Notes: a model not told the origin generated them from the letters alone. A stretch of DNA of 64,000 bases from an uncultured delta proteobacterium (GCA_963727485.1 CAVSGM010000003.1:192001-256000); one strand, 5' to 3'; positions 25,642-37,159 are shown, numbered from the stretch's first letter. Translations and numbers: made by a program.

Positions 25642-27102
25642 ATGAGCCTCACCCGCGCCGAGATCGCCGCCGTGGTCCGGGAGCTGGCGCCCCTGGTCGG
25701 CGGGGCCGTCCAGGCGATCCACGCGCCGGCGCCCCGGACGCTGGTGCTCCGGGTGCGGGTGCCGGGGCAGACCTACCGGCTCCTGCTCAGCGCCGAGGCC
25801 GATCTCTGCCGCCTCCACCTGGTCGACCGCCGGCCGGCCGGGGCGCCGGCGCCGTTCCAGGCCGGGTGCCGGGCGGAGCTCGAGGGGGCGTGGCTCGGGG
25901 GCCTCTCGGTGGCCGGCGACAATCGGGTGGTCACCCTCACCTTCGAGGGCCGCGCCGGGCCCCGGCGCCTGGTCGCCGAGCTCACCGGTCGCCACGGGAA
26001 CCTCTTCCTCCTCGACGACGCCGGCATCCTCCTCCACACCGCGGTGCCCAACCTCTCGCGCCGCCGGCACAACCTCCGCGGCCAGCCCTACGAGCCCCCG
26101 CGGCCTCGCCCGGGCGAGGGCGACGACATCGTGCGCCTCGAGGCCCGGCCCGGGCCCTTCGGGATGAACGCCGCCGTCGCCGCGGTCTATGGGCCCCGGG
26201 CCCGGGCGGCCCGCCTCGACGCCCATCGCCGGCAGCTCGCCCGGCCCCTCAAGACCGTCGCCGCCCGCCACCGGCGGACCCTCAAGCGCCTCGACGCCGA
26301 CGCCGCCCGGGCCGCCGACGCCGACCGCCTCAAGCACCAGGGCGAGCTCCTCAAGAGCGTGCTCCACCAGGTGCGCCGCGGCGACACCGAGGTCCGGGTC
26401 ACCGACTGGTACGACCCGGCCCAGCCCACCGTCGCCGTGCCCCTGCGCGCGGAGCTCTCGCCCCAGGAGAACCTGGCGCGGCTCTTCCACCTCCACCGCC
26501 GGCTCCGGGACGCGCCGGCCCGGGTGGTCGAGCGGCGCGAGGAGGTGGAGGCGGCGCTCGCCCGGGTGGAGGCGCTCCTGGACCGGCTCGCGGCCGCCGA
26601 GGACGACGCAGCCCTCGAGGCGGTGGGGGCCGAGGCGGTGCCGGTGCTCGGGCCCGGGTGGAGCGGCGGCGGTCGCGGCGGTGGCGGCGCGGGCCGACGG
26701 GGCGCGCGGATCCCCTACCGGCGCTTCCAGAGCCACAGCGGACGGGACATCCTGGTGGGCCGCGGCGCCAAGGACGACCACGCCCTCACCTTCAAGGTCG
26801 CCCGGGGCAACGATCTCTGGCTCCACGCCCGGGACCAGACCGGGGCCCACGTCGTCGTCCCCACCGGCGGCCGGGGCGAGGTCGACGAGGCGACCCTCCT
26901 CGACGCCGCCCACCTCGCCGCCTGGTTCTCCCGGGCCCGGGGCGAGCCCCAGGCGGAGATCGCCTGGACCCAGCGCAAGCGGGTCCACCACCCCAAGGGC
27001 GCGCCGCCGGGCCTGGTCACCCTGGTGGGCGAGAAGACCCTGCACCTGCGCGTCGAGCCCGGGCGCACCGAGCGCCTCCTGGCGAGCGAGCTCCCGGCGT
27101 AG
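25642..27102 (+). CDS. NFACT/FbpA (RqcH-like) protein
   Basis: LVAELTGRHGNLFLLD, coiled coil, ILVGRGAKDD..LT, DLWLHARDQTGAHVV, PKGAPPGLV. Confidence 0.88.
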   Translation: MSLTRAEIAAVVRELAPLVGGAVQAIHAPAPRTLVLRVRVPGQTYRLLLSAEADLCRLHLVDRRPAGAPAPFQAGCRAELEGAWLGGLSVAGDNRVVTLTFEGRAGPRRLVAELTGRHGNLFLLDDAGILLHTAVPNLSRRRHNLRGQPYEPPRPRPGEGDDIVRLEARPGPFGMNAAVAAVYGPRARAARLDAHRRQLARPLKTVAARHRRTLKRLDADAARAADADRLKHQGELLKSVLHQVRRGDTEVRVTDWYDPAQPTVAVPLRAELSPQENLARLFHLHRRLRDAPARVVERREEVEAALARVEALLDRLAAAEDDAALEAVGAEAVPVLGPGWSGGGRGGGGAGRRGARIPYRRFQSHSGRDILVGRGAKDDHALTFKVARGNDLWLHARDQTGAHVVVPTGGRGEVDEATLLDAAHLAAWFSRARGEPQAEIAWTQRKRVHHPKGAPPGLVTLVGEKTLHLRVEPGRTERLLASELPA

Positions 27103-27150
27103 GCGCGAGACGGCGCGTGTCCCCGGTGGGGGCCGCCGACCCGTCGAACG

Positions 27151-27230
27151 CGGCACAACGTATCCCATTGGGGCAGTCCGCCCCAACGTATCCCAACGTG
27201 ATGTATCCAGAGGGGTCCCGAGGGCACCCC
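27151..27230. repeat. TGGGATAC-core element, copy C
   Basis: gtatcccattg...cccaacgtga-N5-ccagaggggtcc matches copy B (18978-19048) with a 12-bp shorter middle; three GTATCC motifs. Confidence 0.75.
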
Positions 27231-27300
27231 GCCAGCGGCGTCGCGAGGACCCCGTCGCTCCGGGATGCCCGGCCGCCCCCTCGCCGCTATACTCCCGGCG

Positions 27301-28044
27301 GTGTCCCAGCGGCAGCTCTCGCTACCCTTCCAGCGGGTCCCCGACCCGGACCTGGCGCGGCGCCGGGCCCAGGTCCTCGCCAACGACCTCCAGATGCGCC
27401 TGGGGGCGAAGGTGACCCTCGCGATCACCGACAACCGGGCGTCGCTGGTCACGGTGCGCCACGAGAAGGGCGCCTGGCGCTACCGGGTGCACCACATGTT
27501 CCTCGGCGCCGACGCGGCCACCCGCGAGGCCCTGGCCTGCTTCGCCACCGGCCGCCGGAAGAAGACCGCCGGGCACCAGCTCGACGTCTTCATCGAGGCC
27601 CATCAGCACCTCATCCGCGAGGACCCGGCCTCGGGCCCCCGGGCCCCGGCGCCGCCGAGGGGCCGTCACCACGACCTCCAGGCGATCTACGACCGCCTCA
27701 ACGCCGAGTACTTCGCCGACAGGGTCGTCGCCCGCATCGGCTGGGGCGAGCACCGCCGGGGCCGGAGCCGCAGGCGCCGCCGCTCGATCAAGATGGGCAG
27801 CTACGTCCACGACGCGCGCCTCATCCGCATCCACCCGGCCCTCGATCGCCCCGAGGTCCCCGAGTACTACCTCGCCTGGGTCGTCTACCACGAGATGCTC
27901 CACCAGGTGGTGCCGCCGGTCCGCCGCGGCAGCCGCACGGTGTTCCACCCGCCGGCGTTCCGGGAGCTGGAGCGCGCCTATCGCCAGGCGGACATCGCCC
28001 AGGCCTGGGAGGACGCCCACTTCGACCTCCTCCTGGAGGGCTGA
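27301..28044 (+). CDS. SprT/YgjP-like HExxH metalloprotease-domain protein
   Basis: YDRLNAEYF, IKMGSY, IRIHPALD, VYHEMLH, FHPPAFRELE; TATACT upstream. Confidence 0.75.
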   Translation: MSQRQLSLPFQRVPDPDLARRRAQVLANDLQMRLGAKVTLAITDNRASLVTVRHEKGAWRYRVHHMFLGADAATREALACFATGRRKKTAGHQLDVFIEAHQHLIREDPASGPRAPAPPRGRHHDLQAIYDRLNAEYFADRVVARIGWGEHRRGRSRRRRRSIKMGSYVHDARLIRIHPALDRPEVPEYYLAWVVYHEMLHQVVPPVRRGSRTVFHPPAFRELERAYRQADIAQAWEDAHFDLLLEG

Positions 28045-28683
28045 ATGGCCGAGGCCCTGCGCCACCTGGTCCAGGCGCTCGGACCCTGGGGGCTGCCGCT
28101 CCTGGCGGTGGCCGCCACCGCCGAGTACCTCTTCCCGCCCTTCCCCGGGGACACGGTCACCCTCTTCGGCGCCTTCCTGGCGGTGGCGGGGAAGCTCAAC
28201 TGGGCCCTGGTGTGGGGCGCGGTCACCCTCGGCAGCGGGGTGGGCCTCACCCTCGACTGGTGGGTGGGCCGCTGGCTCGGGGCGCGGCGCCATCGCCTCC
28301 CCGACGCGGCGCACCGGCGCTGGTACCACCCGCTCACCCAGGAGCGCCTGGAACGCTTCGAGGCGCGCTACCGCCGCTACGGCGACGCGCTGATCCTGGT
28401 CAACCGCTTCCTCCCGGCGCTCCGGGCCTTCGTCTTCCTCGCCGCCGGCGCCGCCGAGCTCCCCCTGCCGCGGGTGCTGGCCCTGGGCCTGGTCTCCGCC
28501 GGGCTGTGGAACGGGCTGCTGCTGGTCGCCGGGTGGGCGCTGGGCGCCAACCTCGACGCCCTGGAGCGGCTCTTCGCCAGCTACAGCCACTTCGCCTGGG
28601 GGGTCCTGGGGCTCCTGGCGGCGATCCTGGTGGTCCGCGCGGTGGTCCGCGCGGTGGCTACCCGAGGGGCGCGGACCCCGTGA
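28045..28683 (+). CDS. DedA family membrane protein
   Basis: [29 protein letters not shown]. Confidence 0.9.
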   Translation: MAEALRHLVQALGPWGLPLLAVAATAEYLFPPFPGDTVTLFGAFLAVAGKLNWALVWGAVTLGSGVGLTLDWWVGRWLGARRHRLPDAAHRRWYHPLTQERLERFEARYRRYGDALILVNRFLPALRAFVFLAAGAAELPLPRVLALGLVSAGLWNGLLLVAGWALGANLDALERLFASYSHFAWGVLGLLAAILVVRAVVRAVATRGARTP

Positions 28684-31600
28684 GCCAGAGGTCGTCGGCG
28701 GTGAGCGCGTTGATGGAGTGCAGGCGCACCCCCGCCACCTCGCGCCGGGCGACGACGTACTGCCGCTCGTAGTAGAGCGGCACCAGCGGGGCCTCGTCGT
28801 GGACCAGGCGCCCGGCGCGGCGGTAGAGGTCGGCGCGGTGGTCGGGGTCGATGGTGCGCCGGGCCTCCTCGAGGAGGGCGTCGAGCTCGGGGTTGAGGTA
28901 GCCGAGGGAGAAGGTCCGCTGGGCGTCCGAGTGGCACAGGGCGTAGAGGAAGCTGTCGGCGTCGGGGTAGTCTGCGATCCAGCCGACGCGGACCAGGTCG
29001 AAGCGGCCCTCCCGGAGGCGGCGGTAGTACTCGGCCTGGTCCATCCGGGCCTCGCGGATCTTCAGGCCCACCTCGGGGAGGAAGCGCAGGTAGCCCTCGG
29101 TGTCGGCCAGGGTCGCCTCGCTGCGGGTGGTGAGGGTCACCAGGGTCAGCTCGGTGCCCTCGAGGCCCTTGTCCCGGAGCACCCGCCGCGCGGTGTCGAG
29201 GTCCCGCCTCGGCCGGGGGAGGTCGGCGTCGTGGCCCGGGAGGCCCGGGGGCACCAGGGAGCGGGCGAGGGCGGCGTCGGGCTCGGCGGCCGGAGAGAAG
29301 TCCAGGTCGAGGGCGAGGCGCAGGGCCCGGCGCACCTCGGGGTCGGCCAGGGGCGGCCGGCCGCACTGCATCAGCAGCATGTTGGTGCAGTACATCTCCT
29401 GGCGATAGAAGCGGACCGACGGCGGGAGGAGGTCGGGGTGGCTGCGGACGGCGTCGGGGACGTCCAGGGAGAGGTCGAGGGCGCCAGTGGCGAGGTCGTC
29501 GACGATGGCCTCGGCCGCGGGGGGATCGAGGGTGACGTCGATGCCGTCGAGGTGGGGGGCGCGGTGGCAGCCCTCGTGGCGGCGGAGCACCAGGCGCCCG
29601 GGCTCGGCGGCCTCGAGGCGGAAGGGCCCGGCGCCCACCGGCATCCCCTGCCGCGACTCGCCGAGCAGGCAGGTGGGCGAGGAGAGGACCGCGAGGAAGA
29701 ACGACCGGGGCTCCCGGAGCCGCACCTCGAGCTCGGTGGGCGTGTGCGCCTCGATGGCCTCGACCTCGGAGAAGAGCCAGGCCGAGGGGCTCTCCTCCTC
29801 GGGGTCGAGGTGGCGCTCGAGGAGGCGCTTGACCGTCCGGGCGTCCACCGGGCGGCCGTCGTGGAAGACCACGTCCGGGCGCAGGTGGAAGCGGTAGCGG
29901 CGGCCGTCGTCGCCGACCTCGAAGGACTCGGCGAGGTCCGGGAGGATCTCGCCCTGGTCGCCGATGCGCACCAGCCCCGCGTGGATCAGGGCCGAGACCG
30001 CGTCCTGGTGGTAGGTGCTCACCCGGATGGGATCGAAGCCGCGGGTGGACTCGACGATCGCCGGCTCGCGCAGGGCCAGGCGCAGCACCCCGCCCCGCTG
30101 GATCTCCGGGAGGCGGTAGCGGTCGAGCTCGGTGGAGATGGTGGAGACCGAGCGGCCCAGCTGCTGCACCGTCCGCGAGAGGTGGTCGGCGACGCCGATG
30201 AGGCCCTCGGCGTCGCTCCCGACCCCGGTGGCGGCGGTGCGCATCCGGGTGTGGGCCTCGGTCACCGCCCCGTGGGCGTCGGCGACGGTGCCGATGCCCG
30301 CCTGGAGGCGCTGCATCGCCTCGGAGAGGCTCCCGGTGCGGGCGACCTGCTCCGCCGACGCCGCCCGCGCCTGCTCGGTGAGCGCCTGGACCTGGCGGGT
30401 GCGCCCGGTGAGCTCCTGGCCGATGCGCGCCTGGTGGTCCACCGCCCGGGACACGTCCTCGACCCGCTGGGCCACCCGCTGGGAGGCCAAGGCGACCCGC
30501 TGGCCCTCGGCCTCGAGGCGGGTGGTCTCGGCGACCGTCTCCTCCACCGCGGTGAAGGTCTCGGTGACCGTGGATCGGATGTCCTCCAGGGCCGAGGTGG
30601 CCTTCTCGCCCAGGGCGAGGCCGGCGGTGGCCTGGACCCGGCCCTCGCGCATCACCGAGACCGCCGTGCCCACCTGCCCCCGGACGTCGTCGACCAGGGC
30701 GGCGATCTCCCGGGTGCTCTTGCCGGTGCGCTCGGCGAGGTCGCGGATCTCGTCGGCGACCACCGCGAAGCCCCTCCCGTGCTCCCCGGCCTGGGCGGCG
30801 AGGATGGCGGCGTTGAGGGCCAGGAGGTTGGTCTGGTCGGCGATGTCCTCGATGACGTCGACGATGCGGCCGATGGCGTCGGAGCGCTCGCCCAGCGAGT
30901 CGATGATGGTCGCCGCCCGCTGCACCGTGTCCTCGATGGCGAAGAGGGCCTGGGCGGCATCGCTCACCAGGGACACCCCCCGGTCGGCGCGGTCGCTCAC
31001 CTCCTGGGCGTGGCGGCCGGTGGCCTCGGCGCGCAGGCGCACCTGGCCGATGCCCTCGGCGACCACCCGGACGAAGTCGTCGGCCTCGCCGGCGAAGACC
31101 GCGAGGTGCTGGCCGCTCTCGGCGAAGCCGTTGATCGACCCGCCCATGTCCTCCATGGTGCTGCGGGTCTGGTGGACGAAGTCGTGGAGCCCCGCGAGGG
31201 CCTCGCCCACCGCCTCCACCGAGGCCTTCAGCTCGCCGAGGGCGCCCTTGGCGTCGTCGGAGAGGCTGGCGAGCTGGCCCACGGTGCGATCGGAGCGGGC
31301 GACGGCGTCGCCGATGAGGTCCGCCTCGTCGAGGGTGCGGCGGGTGCCCTGGCCCTGGCGCCTGGCGGCGGCGAGGAGACGGGCGGTGGACTCGGAGACC
31401 TCCTCGGAGGAGTGGGAGAGGGCGCCGGTGGTCCGGCGCAGGGAGCCGAAGGCCTGGCGCAGGTCCCGGACCAGGCGCGAGAGGCCCTCGTCACCGGGCT
31501 CGAAGGACGAATCGCCCTGGCCGATGCGGGCGAGGTCGACCCGGGGATCGCCGGCGCGCCGCTCGCCGCGCAGCGCCACCGCCGCGATCCCCACCCCCGC

Positions 31601-31723
31601 GCCGACAAGCGCCCCGAAGAGCAGCGCCCCCCAGGCGAAGGGCACCAGCCGCCCGGCGATCGCCCCCACGGCGCCGGCGACGACACCGACGACGAGGAGG
31701 GGGACGAGGGAGCGGGTGCGCAT
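28658..31723 (-). CDS. Methyl-accepting chemotaxis protein fused to a C-terminal family-5 solute-binding domain
   Basis: Two N-terminal TMs; [40 protein letters not shown]; then [52 protein letters not shown], one unbroken frame. Confidence 0.9.
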   Translation of the reverse strand: MRTRSLVPLLVVGVVAGAVGAIAGRLVPFAWGALLFGALVGAGVGIAAVALRGERRAGDPRVDLARIGQGDSSFEPGDEGLSRLVRDLRQAFGSLRRTTGALSHSSEEVSESTARLLAAARRQGQGTRRTLDEADLIGDAVARSDRTVGQLASLSDDAKGALGELKASVEAVGEALAGLHDFVHQTRSTMEDMGGSINGFAESGQHLAVFAGEADDFVRVVAEGIGQVRLRAEATGRHAQEVSDRADRGVSLVSDAAQALFAIEDTVQRAATIIDSLGERSDAIGRIVDVIEDIADQTNLLALNAAILAAQAGEHGRGFAVVADEIRDLAERTGKSTREIAALVDDVRGQVGTAVSVMREGRVQATAGLALGEKATSALEDIRSTVTETFTAVEETVAETTRLEAEGQRVALASQRVAQRVEDVSRAVDHQARIGQELTGRTRQVQALTEQARAASAEQVARTGSLSEAMQRLQAGIGTVADAHGAVTEAHTRMRTAATGVGSDAEGLIGVADHLSRTVQQLGRSVSTISTELDRYRLPEIQRGGVLRLALREPAIVESTRGFDPIRVSTYHQDAVSALIHAGLVRIGDQGEILPDLAESFEVGDDGRRYRFHLRPDVVFHDGRPVDARTVKRLLERHLDPEEESPSAWLFSEVEAIEAHTPTELEVRLREPRSFFLAVLSSPTCLLGESRQGMPVGAGPFRLEAAEPGRLVLRRHEGCHRAPHLDGIDVTLDPPAAEAIVDDLATGALDLSLDVPDAVRSHPDLLPPSVRFYRQEMYCTNMLLMQCGRPPLADPEVRRALRLALDLDFSPAAEPDAALARSLVPPGLPGHDADLPRPRRDLDTARRVLRDKGLEGTELTLVTLTTRSEATLADTEGYLRFLPEVGLKIREARMDQAEYYRRLREGRFDLVRVGWIADYPDADSFLYALCHSDAQRTFSLGYLNPELDALLEEARRTIDPDHRADLYRRAGRLVHDEAPLVPLYYERQYVVARREVAGVRLHSINALTADDLWLTGSAPLG

Positions 31724-31778
31724 GGGGGGCGGGGCGCGTTTGTGGACGCGGCGGGAGGCCACGTGGTAGCGGTTCGGC

Positions 31779-33098
31779 GTGCGTGGACGCCACCCGATTG
31801 TAGCCGGTCTCGTCCTGGTCGTGTCCCTGGCCGGGGCGATCCCGCAGGCGGCGCGGGCGTCGGAGACGCGACACTACCGCGTGGTGTTCCGGGGACACCA
31901 AATCGGCACCTCCCTGCTCTCGGTGCGCACCGACCCCGGGGGCCTGACCACCTACGTCCACGAGAGCCACCTCTCGGCCACCCGGGACGGCAAGACCGTG
32001 TGGACCACCCTCCACGAGGAGGTCCGGCTCCGGGACGGGGTGTTCCGCTCCGCCTGGGCGGTGAAGGAGGCCGGTGACACCCGCCACGTGGTGCGCGCCC
32101 ACTGGGACCCCTCGGCGGGGGTGGTGTGGGTGAGCAAGGACGGCAACGAGACCGCCGTCCCCGCCGGGGACCCCGCGGGCCTGGAGACCCTCTTCGACGC
32201 CCCCCGGCGCCTGGTGCGCAGCGGGGCGGTGGGGGCGAAGCGGCGGGTCTTCGACATGCCCGAGGGGAAGGTCGGCTGGGTGGTGCTCGAGCAGGCCCGC
32301 GACGCCGACGGCTGGGCGGTCACCGAGGAGCTGGGGATCCACGTGAAGACCCGGTGGGCCGACGGGGCGAGGCTCCCCGACGTCCTCTCGCTCCCCGACC
32401 TGGGCCTGGTCTACACCACCACCCAGGTGGCCACCGGCGCCGGCGCCGCCGAGCCCGAGGACCTCACCGGCGGCGGGGTGAAGGTGGTGGGCAAGCTCAC
32501 GCCGGCCTCCAAGGTCCTCCTCGAGCCCCGGCAGGCCTGGCCCGGGCTGGCCTGCCCGGCCCACCCGGTGGCGCTCACCGGCAGCGGGGTCCTGTGCCCG
32601 GTGCAGGTCGACGACGGCGCCACCGCCTCGCCCCGCTACCGGGCCGGGCCCAAGGTCCGGGCGATGGTCCGGGGCCTGCCCGCCACGGGCCCGGTGATGG
32701 CCCGGGCCAAGGCCCTCGCCCGGCGGGTCCGGGACCGGCTCCAGGGGCGCCCCGGCGGCGCCGCCCTGTGGCAGGCGGACCCGGAGACCGCCCTCGCCGA
32801 GGGCGCCGGCGACTGCAACGAGGCGGCGGCGGTGTTCCTGGCCGCGGCGCCGCTGCTCCATCTCACGGCCAGGCGGCGCACCGGCCTGGTCCTCGACCCC
32901 AGCCGGCCCCACAGGCTCTGGCCCCACGCCTGGGTCGAGGTGCGCGACGGCCACAGGTGGGTGCGGGTCGATCCCTCCCGGGGCCAGGCCCCGGCCACCG
33001 GGATCTACCTCGACCTCGGCGACGGGTCGCGGATCGACGCGAGGCTGCGGGCCATCGCCCCCACCCTCCACGGGGCGACGGTCAAGGTCGTGCCCTGA
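31779..33098 (+). CDS. Secreted transglutaminase-like domain protein
   Basis: Signal peptide; GDCNEAA, HAWVEV, WVRVDP (Cys-His-Asp). Confidence 0.8.
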   Translation: MRGRHPIVAGLVLVVSLAGAIPQAARASETRHYRVVFRGHQIGTSLLSVRTDPGGLTTYVHESHLSATRDGKTVWTTLHEEVRLRDGVFRSAWAVKEAGDTRHVVRAHWDPSAGVVWVSKDGNETAVPAGDPAGLETLFDAPRRLVRSGAVGAKRRVFDMPEGKVGWVVLEQARDADGWAVTEELGIHVKTRWADGARLPDVLSLPDLGLVYTTTQVATGAGAAEPEDLTGGGVKVVGKLTPASKVLLEPRQAWPGLACPAHPVALTGSGVLCPVQVDDGATASPRYRAGPKVRAMVRGLPATGPVMARAKALARRVRDRLQGRPGGAALWQADPETALAEGAGDCNEAAAVFLAAAPLLHLTARRRTGLVLDPSRPHRLWPHAWVEVRDGHRWVRVDPSRGQAPATGIYLDLGDGSRIDARLRAIAPTLHGATVKVVP

Positions 33099-33135
33099 AC
33101 CGCGATTCGGGCGCGCCCGGCGCGCCCGGCGGGCG

Positions 33136-34623
33136 CTACCAGGGCAGCCCCGGGGACACCTTGCCCCGGTCGAGGTGCGCCGGCCCCTCGAGGGTCGCCA
33201 CCGGGTAGGTGCAGTAGAGGGTGGAGAAGAGCGCCGCGGGGCGGAAGTTCCCGCTGCGCTTGATCCCGGCGAACGGCAGCTTGCTGGAGGCGCCGCAGGT
33301 GGGGGCGTTCTTGTTGATGATGCCGTAGTCGAGGTGGCGGAAGGCCCACTCGAAGCGCTTGTCGTCGGCGGTGAACACGCTTGCGGCGAAGCCGTAGTCC
33401 ACCGAGTTCGCCAGGGCCACCGCCTCCTCCACGTCGCGGACCGAGTACACGGCGACGTCGGGGCCGAAGAGCTCCTCGGTCTGGTAGGGCGACTGGTCGC
33501 GGACCTCGTGGACCCGGTGGATCCCCGGGGTGACGTACCAGCCGTCCGGGTCGTGCTCCAGGGCCCGGGGCGCGAGGATCGCCTCGGCGCCCTCGGCCTC
33601 GCCGTCGCGCACGCCCGCCAGGAACTTCTCCCGGGCGGCCTCGGTGGCCAGCGGCCCCATGAACACCCCGTCGTCGAGGGGGTCGCCCACCACCACCCGC
33701 TCGGCCTGCTCCTTGAGCCTCGCCACGAAGGCATCGACCTTCTTCTTGTGGACGATGGCCCAGCTGGTGGCGGTGCACCGCTGGCCGGCGCTCACGTAGC
33801 TCGCCCAGAGGACGTCGTGGACCGCCTTCTCCAGGTCGCAGTCGTCGAGGACGATGGCCGGGTTCTTCCCGCCCATCTCCAGGGCCAGGATCTTCCAGGG
33901 CTGGTCGAAGGTGAGCCTCCGGATCTTCTGGCCCACCGCGTAGCTGCCGGTGAACAGCACCCCGTGGATCCCCGGGTGGCCCGCGAGCGCCGAGCCCACC
34001 TGGCCGTCGCCCTGCACCAGGTTGAACACCCCCTTGGGCAGGTCGGCGTCGTCGAGGATCTCGGCGTAGAGCTGGGCGGCCGCCGGGGTCACCTCCGAGG
34101 GCTTGAGGATCACGGTGTTGCCGGTGGCCAGCGCCGGGAGGATGTGGCCGTTGGAGAGGTGCACCGGGAAGTTGAAGGGGCCGATGATCCCCAGCACCCC
34201 GTGGGGCTTGAAGGCGTAGCGGCCGCTGACGCCCTCGGGGTGCACGGTCTCCACCATCTTGAGGCCCGCCTCGATGGTGACGTCGACCTTGGCGATGCAG
34301 GCCTTGGCCTCGCCCCGGGCGTCCCACAGGGGCTTGCCCAGCTCCCGGGTGATGAGCCGGGCGAGGTCCTCCTCGCGGTTGACCAGGGCGGCCTTGATCT
34401 TCTTGAGGGACTTGATCCGGTCGGCCAGGGTGAGGGCGGCCCACTCGCCCTGGGCCCGGCGCGCGGCCTGCACCGCCTCGTCCACCGCGGCCAGCCGGAA
34501 GGGGAAGCGGCCGACCTCGTCGGTCTTGTCGCGGGCGCTGATGGAGACGATGACCCCGTCGGGGTCCTTCGCCTTCACGAAGTGGCCGCGGATGTAGTCG
34601 CCCAGGTACTCGACGGGATCCAT
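33136..34623 (-). CDS. astD: Aldehyde dehydrogenase, AstD-like
   Basis: GPFNFPVHLSNGHILPAL, KPSE, FTGS, LALEMGGKN, SAGQRCT, GASSKLPFAGIKRSGNFRP; follows astA. Confidence 0.82.
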   Translation of the reverse strand: MDPVEYLGDYIRGHFVKAKDPDGVIVSISARDKTDEVGRFPFRLAAVDEAVQAARRAQGEWAALTLADRIKSLKKIKAALVNREEDLARLITRELGKPLWDARGEAKACIAKVDVTIEAGLKMVETVHPEGVSGRYAFKPHGVLGIIGPFNFPVHLSNGHILPALATGNTVILKPSEVTPAAAQLYAEILDDADLPKGVFNLVQGDGQVGSALAGHPGIHGVLFTGSYAVGQKIRRLTFDQPWKILALEMGGKNPAIVLDDCDLEKAVHDVLWASYVSAGQRCTATSWAIVHKKKVDAFVARLKEQAERVVVGDPLDDGVFMGPLATEAAREKFLAGVRDGEAEGAEAILAPRALEHDPDGWYVTPGIHRVHEVRDQSPYQTEELFGPDVAVYSVRDVEEAVALANSVDYGFAASVFTADDKRFEWAFRHLDYGIINKNAPTCGASSKLPFAGIKRSGNFRPAALFSTLYCTYPVATLEGPAHLDRGKVSPGLPW

Positions 34624-34646
34624 GGGGGTCTCCAGGTCGAAGGGGT

Positions 34647-35672
34647 TCAGTCGAAGGGGACGGTATGCAGGTGGGTGCGCGGCGCCACGCCCAGGCGCTC
34701 GGCGGCCTCGGCGGGGAGGTGCACCCGGCGGCCGTCGACGCGGACCGGGGTGCGCACCGCCCGGAACCGGCGGCCGCCCTGTCTCGGCTCCACCGCCACC
34801 AGGAGCTCCCCCTCGGCGTCGCCCTCGGCGAGGGGCTCGCTCGAGAGCACCAGGCGCTGGTGGGCCTCGATGAGGGAGATCTCCTCGCGCCGGGCCACGA
34901 AGTGAGGACCGCCGTCGAAGGGATCGATGGTCTCGGCGAAGGCGAAGCCGATGCCCTCGAGCATCCGGCGCACCCCCACCGTCTCCGGGCCCACCGCGCC
35001 GATGACCCGCTGCACGCTCTTGGGGAGCAGCGTGGTGTAGATCTCCTCCTGGGGGAAGAGGGCGCGGATGAACTCCTTGTTCCCGCGGCTCAACCGGTCG
35101 GCCTCCTGGTAGTCGAGGCCGGTGAACCGGCGCCCCAGGTGCTCCCACACCCGCGAGCGGCCGTCGGGGAGCAGGGGCGGCATCAGCTCGGCGATGACCT
35201 CGTCGCGGAAGCGCTCGGGGTGCATGGCCATGAACAGGAAGCGCACGTAGGAGAGCTGCTTGCCGGGCTTGCCCTGGCGGCGCCGCTCGGGGCGGACCAC
35301 CAGGCCGCCGATCTCGGTGGGGCCCTCGTAGTTGTAGCGCAGCGCCAGCACCGGGTGGCGGAAGTGCTTCTCCAGCGAGTGGGAGTAGTGCTCCTTGACG
35401 TAGTAGTCGAAGAACACGTGGGGCGACTCGAAGGTGCCGTGCTGGGCGATGACCATCGAGGTGCCCACCAGCGCCCCGTCGTCGTCCTCGAGGACGAAGA
35501 GGTACTCCCGGCGCATGGGGTCGCGGAGGGCGCCGGAGAAGCTGCGCTGGCTCACCCGCAGCAGGCCGCGCAGGGCCTTCTCGTCCGCGGGGAGGTTCTG
35601 GGAGTCGAGGGCCTCGGCGATCTCGTAGAGCTCGGGGAGGTCTCTGGGGTCGGCGTCGCGGAGCAGGAGCAT
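34647..35672 (-). CDS. astA: Arginine N-succinyltransferase
   Basis: EYLFVLED, TEIGGL, LSYVRFLFMA, IAEL, DYQEADRLS, IDPFDGGP. Confidence 0.85.
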   Translation of the reverse strand: MLLLRDADPRDLPELYEIAEALDSQNLPADEKALRGLLRVSQRSFSGALRDPMRREYLFVLEDDDGALVGTSMVIAQHGTFESPHVFFDYYVKEHYSHSLEKHFRHPVLALRYNYEGPTEIGGLVVRPERRRQGKPGKQLSYVRFLFMAMHPERFRDEVIAELMPPLLPDGRSRVWEHLGRRFTGLDYQEADRLSRGNKEFIRALFPQEEIYTTLLPKSVQRVIGAVGPETVGVRRMLEGIGFAFAETIDPFDGGPHFVARREEISLIEAHQRLVLSSEPLAEGDAEGELLVAVEPRQGGRRFRAVRTPVRVDGRRVHLPAEAAERLGVAPRTHLHTVPFD

Positions 35673-35737
35673 GGGGCCTTGGGGGCGCCGGCCTCGCTGC
35701 CGGCGGTCGCGGGCGGCGAACTATAGTGGGCCGCCGC

Positions 35738-36574
35738 CTATTCGACAACGCGGCGGGCGGCGAGGGCCTCGAGGGTGGCGAGGCGGTCGGCGTCGACCCC
35801 GCAGGTCCCGGGCTCGGCGCCCTCGCCGGTGCCGTGGAAGTCCGAGCCGCCGGTGGTGGCCATCCCCAGGCCGGCGGCGATGCGGGCGAACCGGGCCCGG
35901 GCGTCGTCACCGTGGGCCGGGTGGTCGACCTCCAGCGCGTCGAGGCCTGCGGCGCGCAGGCGGCTGACGGCGGCCCGGTCGAGGCCGGTGTAGACCCCGG
36001 GGTGGGCGAGGGCGGCGACGCCCCCGGCGCCGTGGATCAGGGCGCAGGCCTCGGCGACCTGTGGGCGCTCCCGGTGGACGCAGGCCGGGCGCCCCTCGGC
36101 GAGGTAGCGGTCGAAGGCCTCACGCATCGAGGCCACGTGCCCGGCGGCGACGAGCGCCCGGGCGAAGTGGGGGCGCCCCAGGGTGTCGCCGGTGGCGAAC
36201 GACTCGACCGCCTCCCGGGTCACGGGGACCTGGCAGTCGGCGAGGCGTCGGAGCACCCGCTCGGCGGCCCGCTCCCGCTCGGCCCGGGCCTCGGCGAGGC
36301 GGGCGGCGAGGGCGGGATCCGCCGGGTCGACGAAGAGGCCGAGGACGTGGAGGTCCTTGCCGTTCAGATCGCAGGAGATCTCCACCCCGGGGATCACGCG
36401 GACCCCGAGGCGGGCGCCCTCGGCGGTGGCGGCGGCGACGGCGGCGAGGGTGTCGTGGTCGGTGACGGCGAGGACCGGGAGGCCCCGGCCGGCGGCGCGG
36501 GCCACCAGGGCCTCGGGGGTCAGGGTGCCGTCGGAGGCGCGGGTGTGGGCGTGGAGATCGGCGTGGACGGGCAT
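35738..36574 (-). CDS. PHP-domain phosphoesterase (TrpH/YciV-like)
   Basis: DLHAHTRASDG, AVTDHD, GVEIS, GRPHFA, LAHP, TGGSDFHG. Confidence 0.92.
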   Translation of the reverse strand: MPVHADLHAHTRASDGTLTPEALVARAAGRGLPVLAVTDHDTLAAVAAATAEGARLGVRVIPGVEISCDLNGKDLHVLGLFVDPADPALAARLAEARAERERAAERVLRRLADCQVPVTREAVESFATGDTLGRPHFARALVAAGHVASMREAFDRYLAEGRPACVHRERPQVAEACALIHGAGGVAALAHPGVYTGLDRAAVSRLRAAGLDALEVDHPAHGDDARARFARIAAGLGMATTGGSDFHGTGEGAEPGTCGVDADRLATLEALAARRVVE

Positions 36575-36628
36575 GGGGACGTGGTGCTACACCAACCGCC
36601 CATTGCACGCCAAGCAAGGAGGCGATGG

Positions 36629-37087
36629 ATGGCGATCGAGATCGGCCAGGTGGCCCCGGACTTCACCCTGAAGGGCAACGACGACAAGGAGCACACCCTG
36701 TCGAGCTACCGCGGCAAGCCCGTGGTGCTCGCCTTCTACCCCCTGGACTTCTCGCCGGTCTGCTCCAAGGAGCACGCCTGCTTCGTCGAGGACTACGCGA
36801 AGTTCAACGAGGTCAACGCCCAGGTGCTCGGCATCAGCGTCGACTCGGCCTGGACCCACAAGGCCTTCGCCGAGAAGATGGGCATCAAGTACCCGCTGCT
36901 GGCCGACTTCCAGCCCCGGGGCGCGGTGGCGGCCACCTACGGCCTCTTCCACCCGGACAAGGGCATCACCGAGCGGGCGACGGTCATCGTCGACGGCGAG
37001 GGGAAGGTGGCCTACGTGAAGGCCCACGGGATCCCCAACGCCCGGGACGACGAGGAGCTCCTCGCCGAGCTGGCCAAGCTCGCGTAA
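36629..37087 (+). CDS. Peroxiredoxin (AhpE/BCP-like)
   Basis: APDFTL, FYPLDFSPVCSKE, GISVDS, ERATVIVD; SD AAGGAGG. Confidence 0.92.
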   Translation: MAIEIGQVAPDFTLKGNDDKEHTLSSYRGKPVVLAFYPLDFSPVCSKEHACFVEDYAKFNEVNAQVLGISVDSAWTHKAFAEKMGIKYPLLADFQPRGAVAATYGLFHPDKGITERATVIVDGEGKVAYVKAHGIPNARDDEELLAELAKLA

Positions 37088-37159
37088 CGGTGGCGTTTCC
37101 GGCCCGCTCGTACTAGGTAGTCAGGAGCCCCGCGCCCGGGATCGGCGCGGCGCACGACC

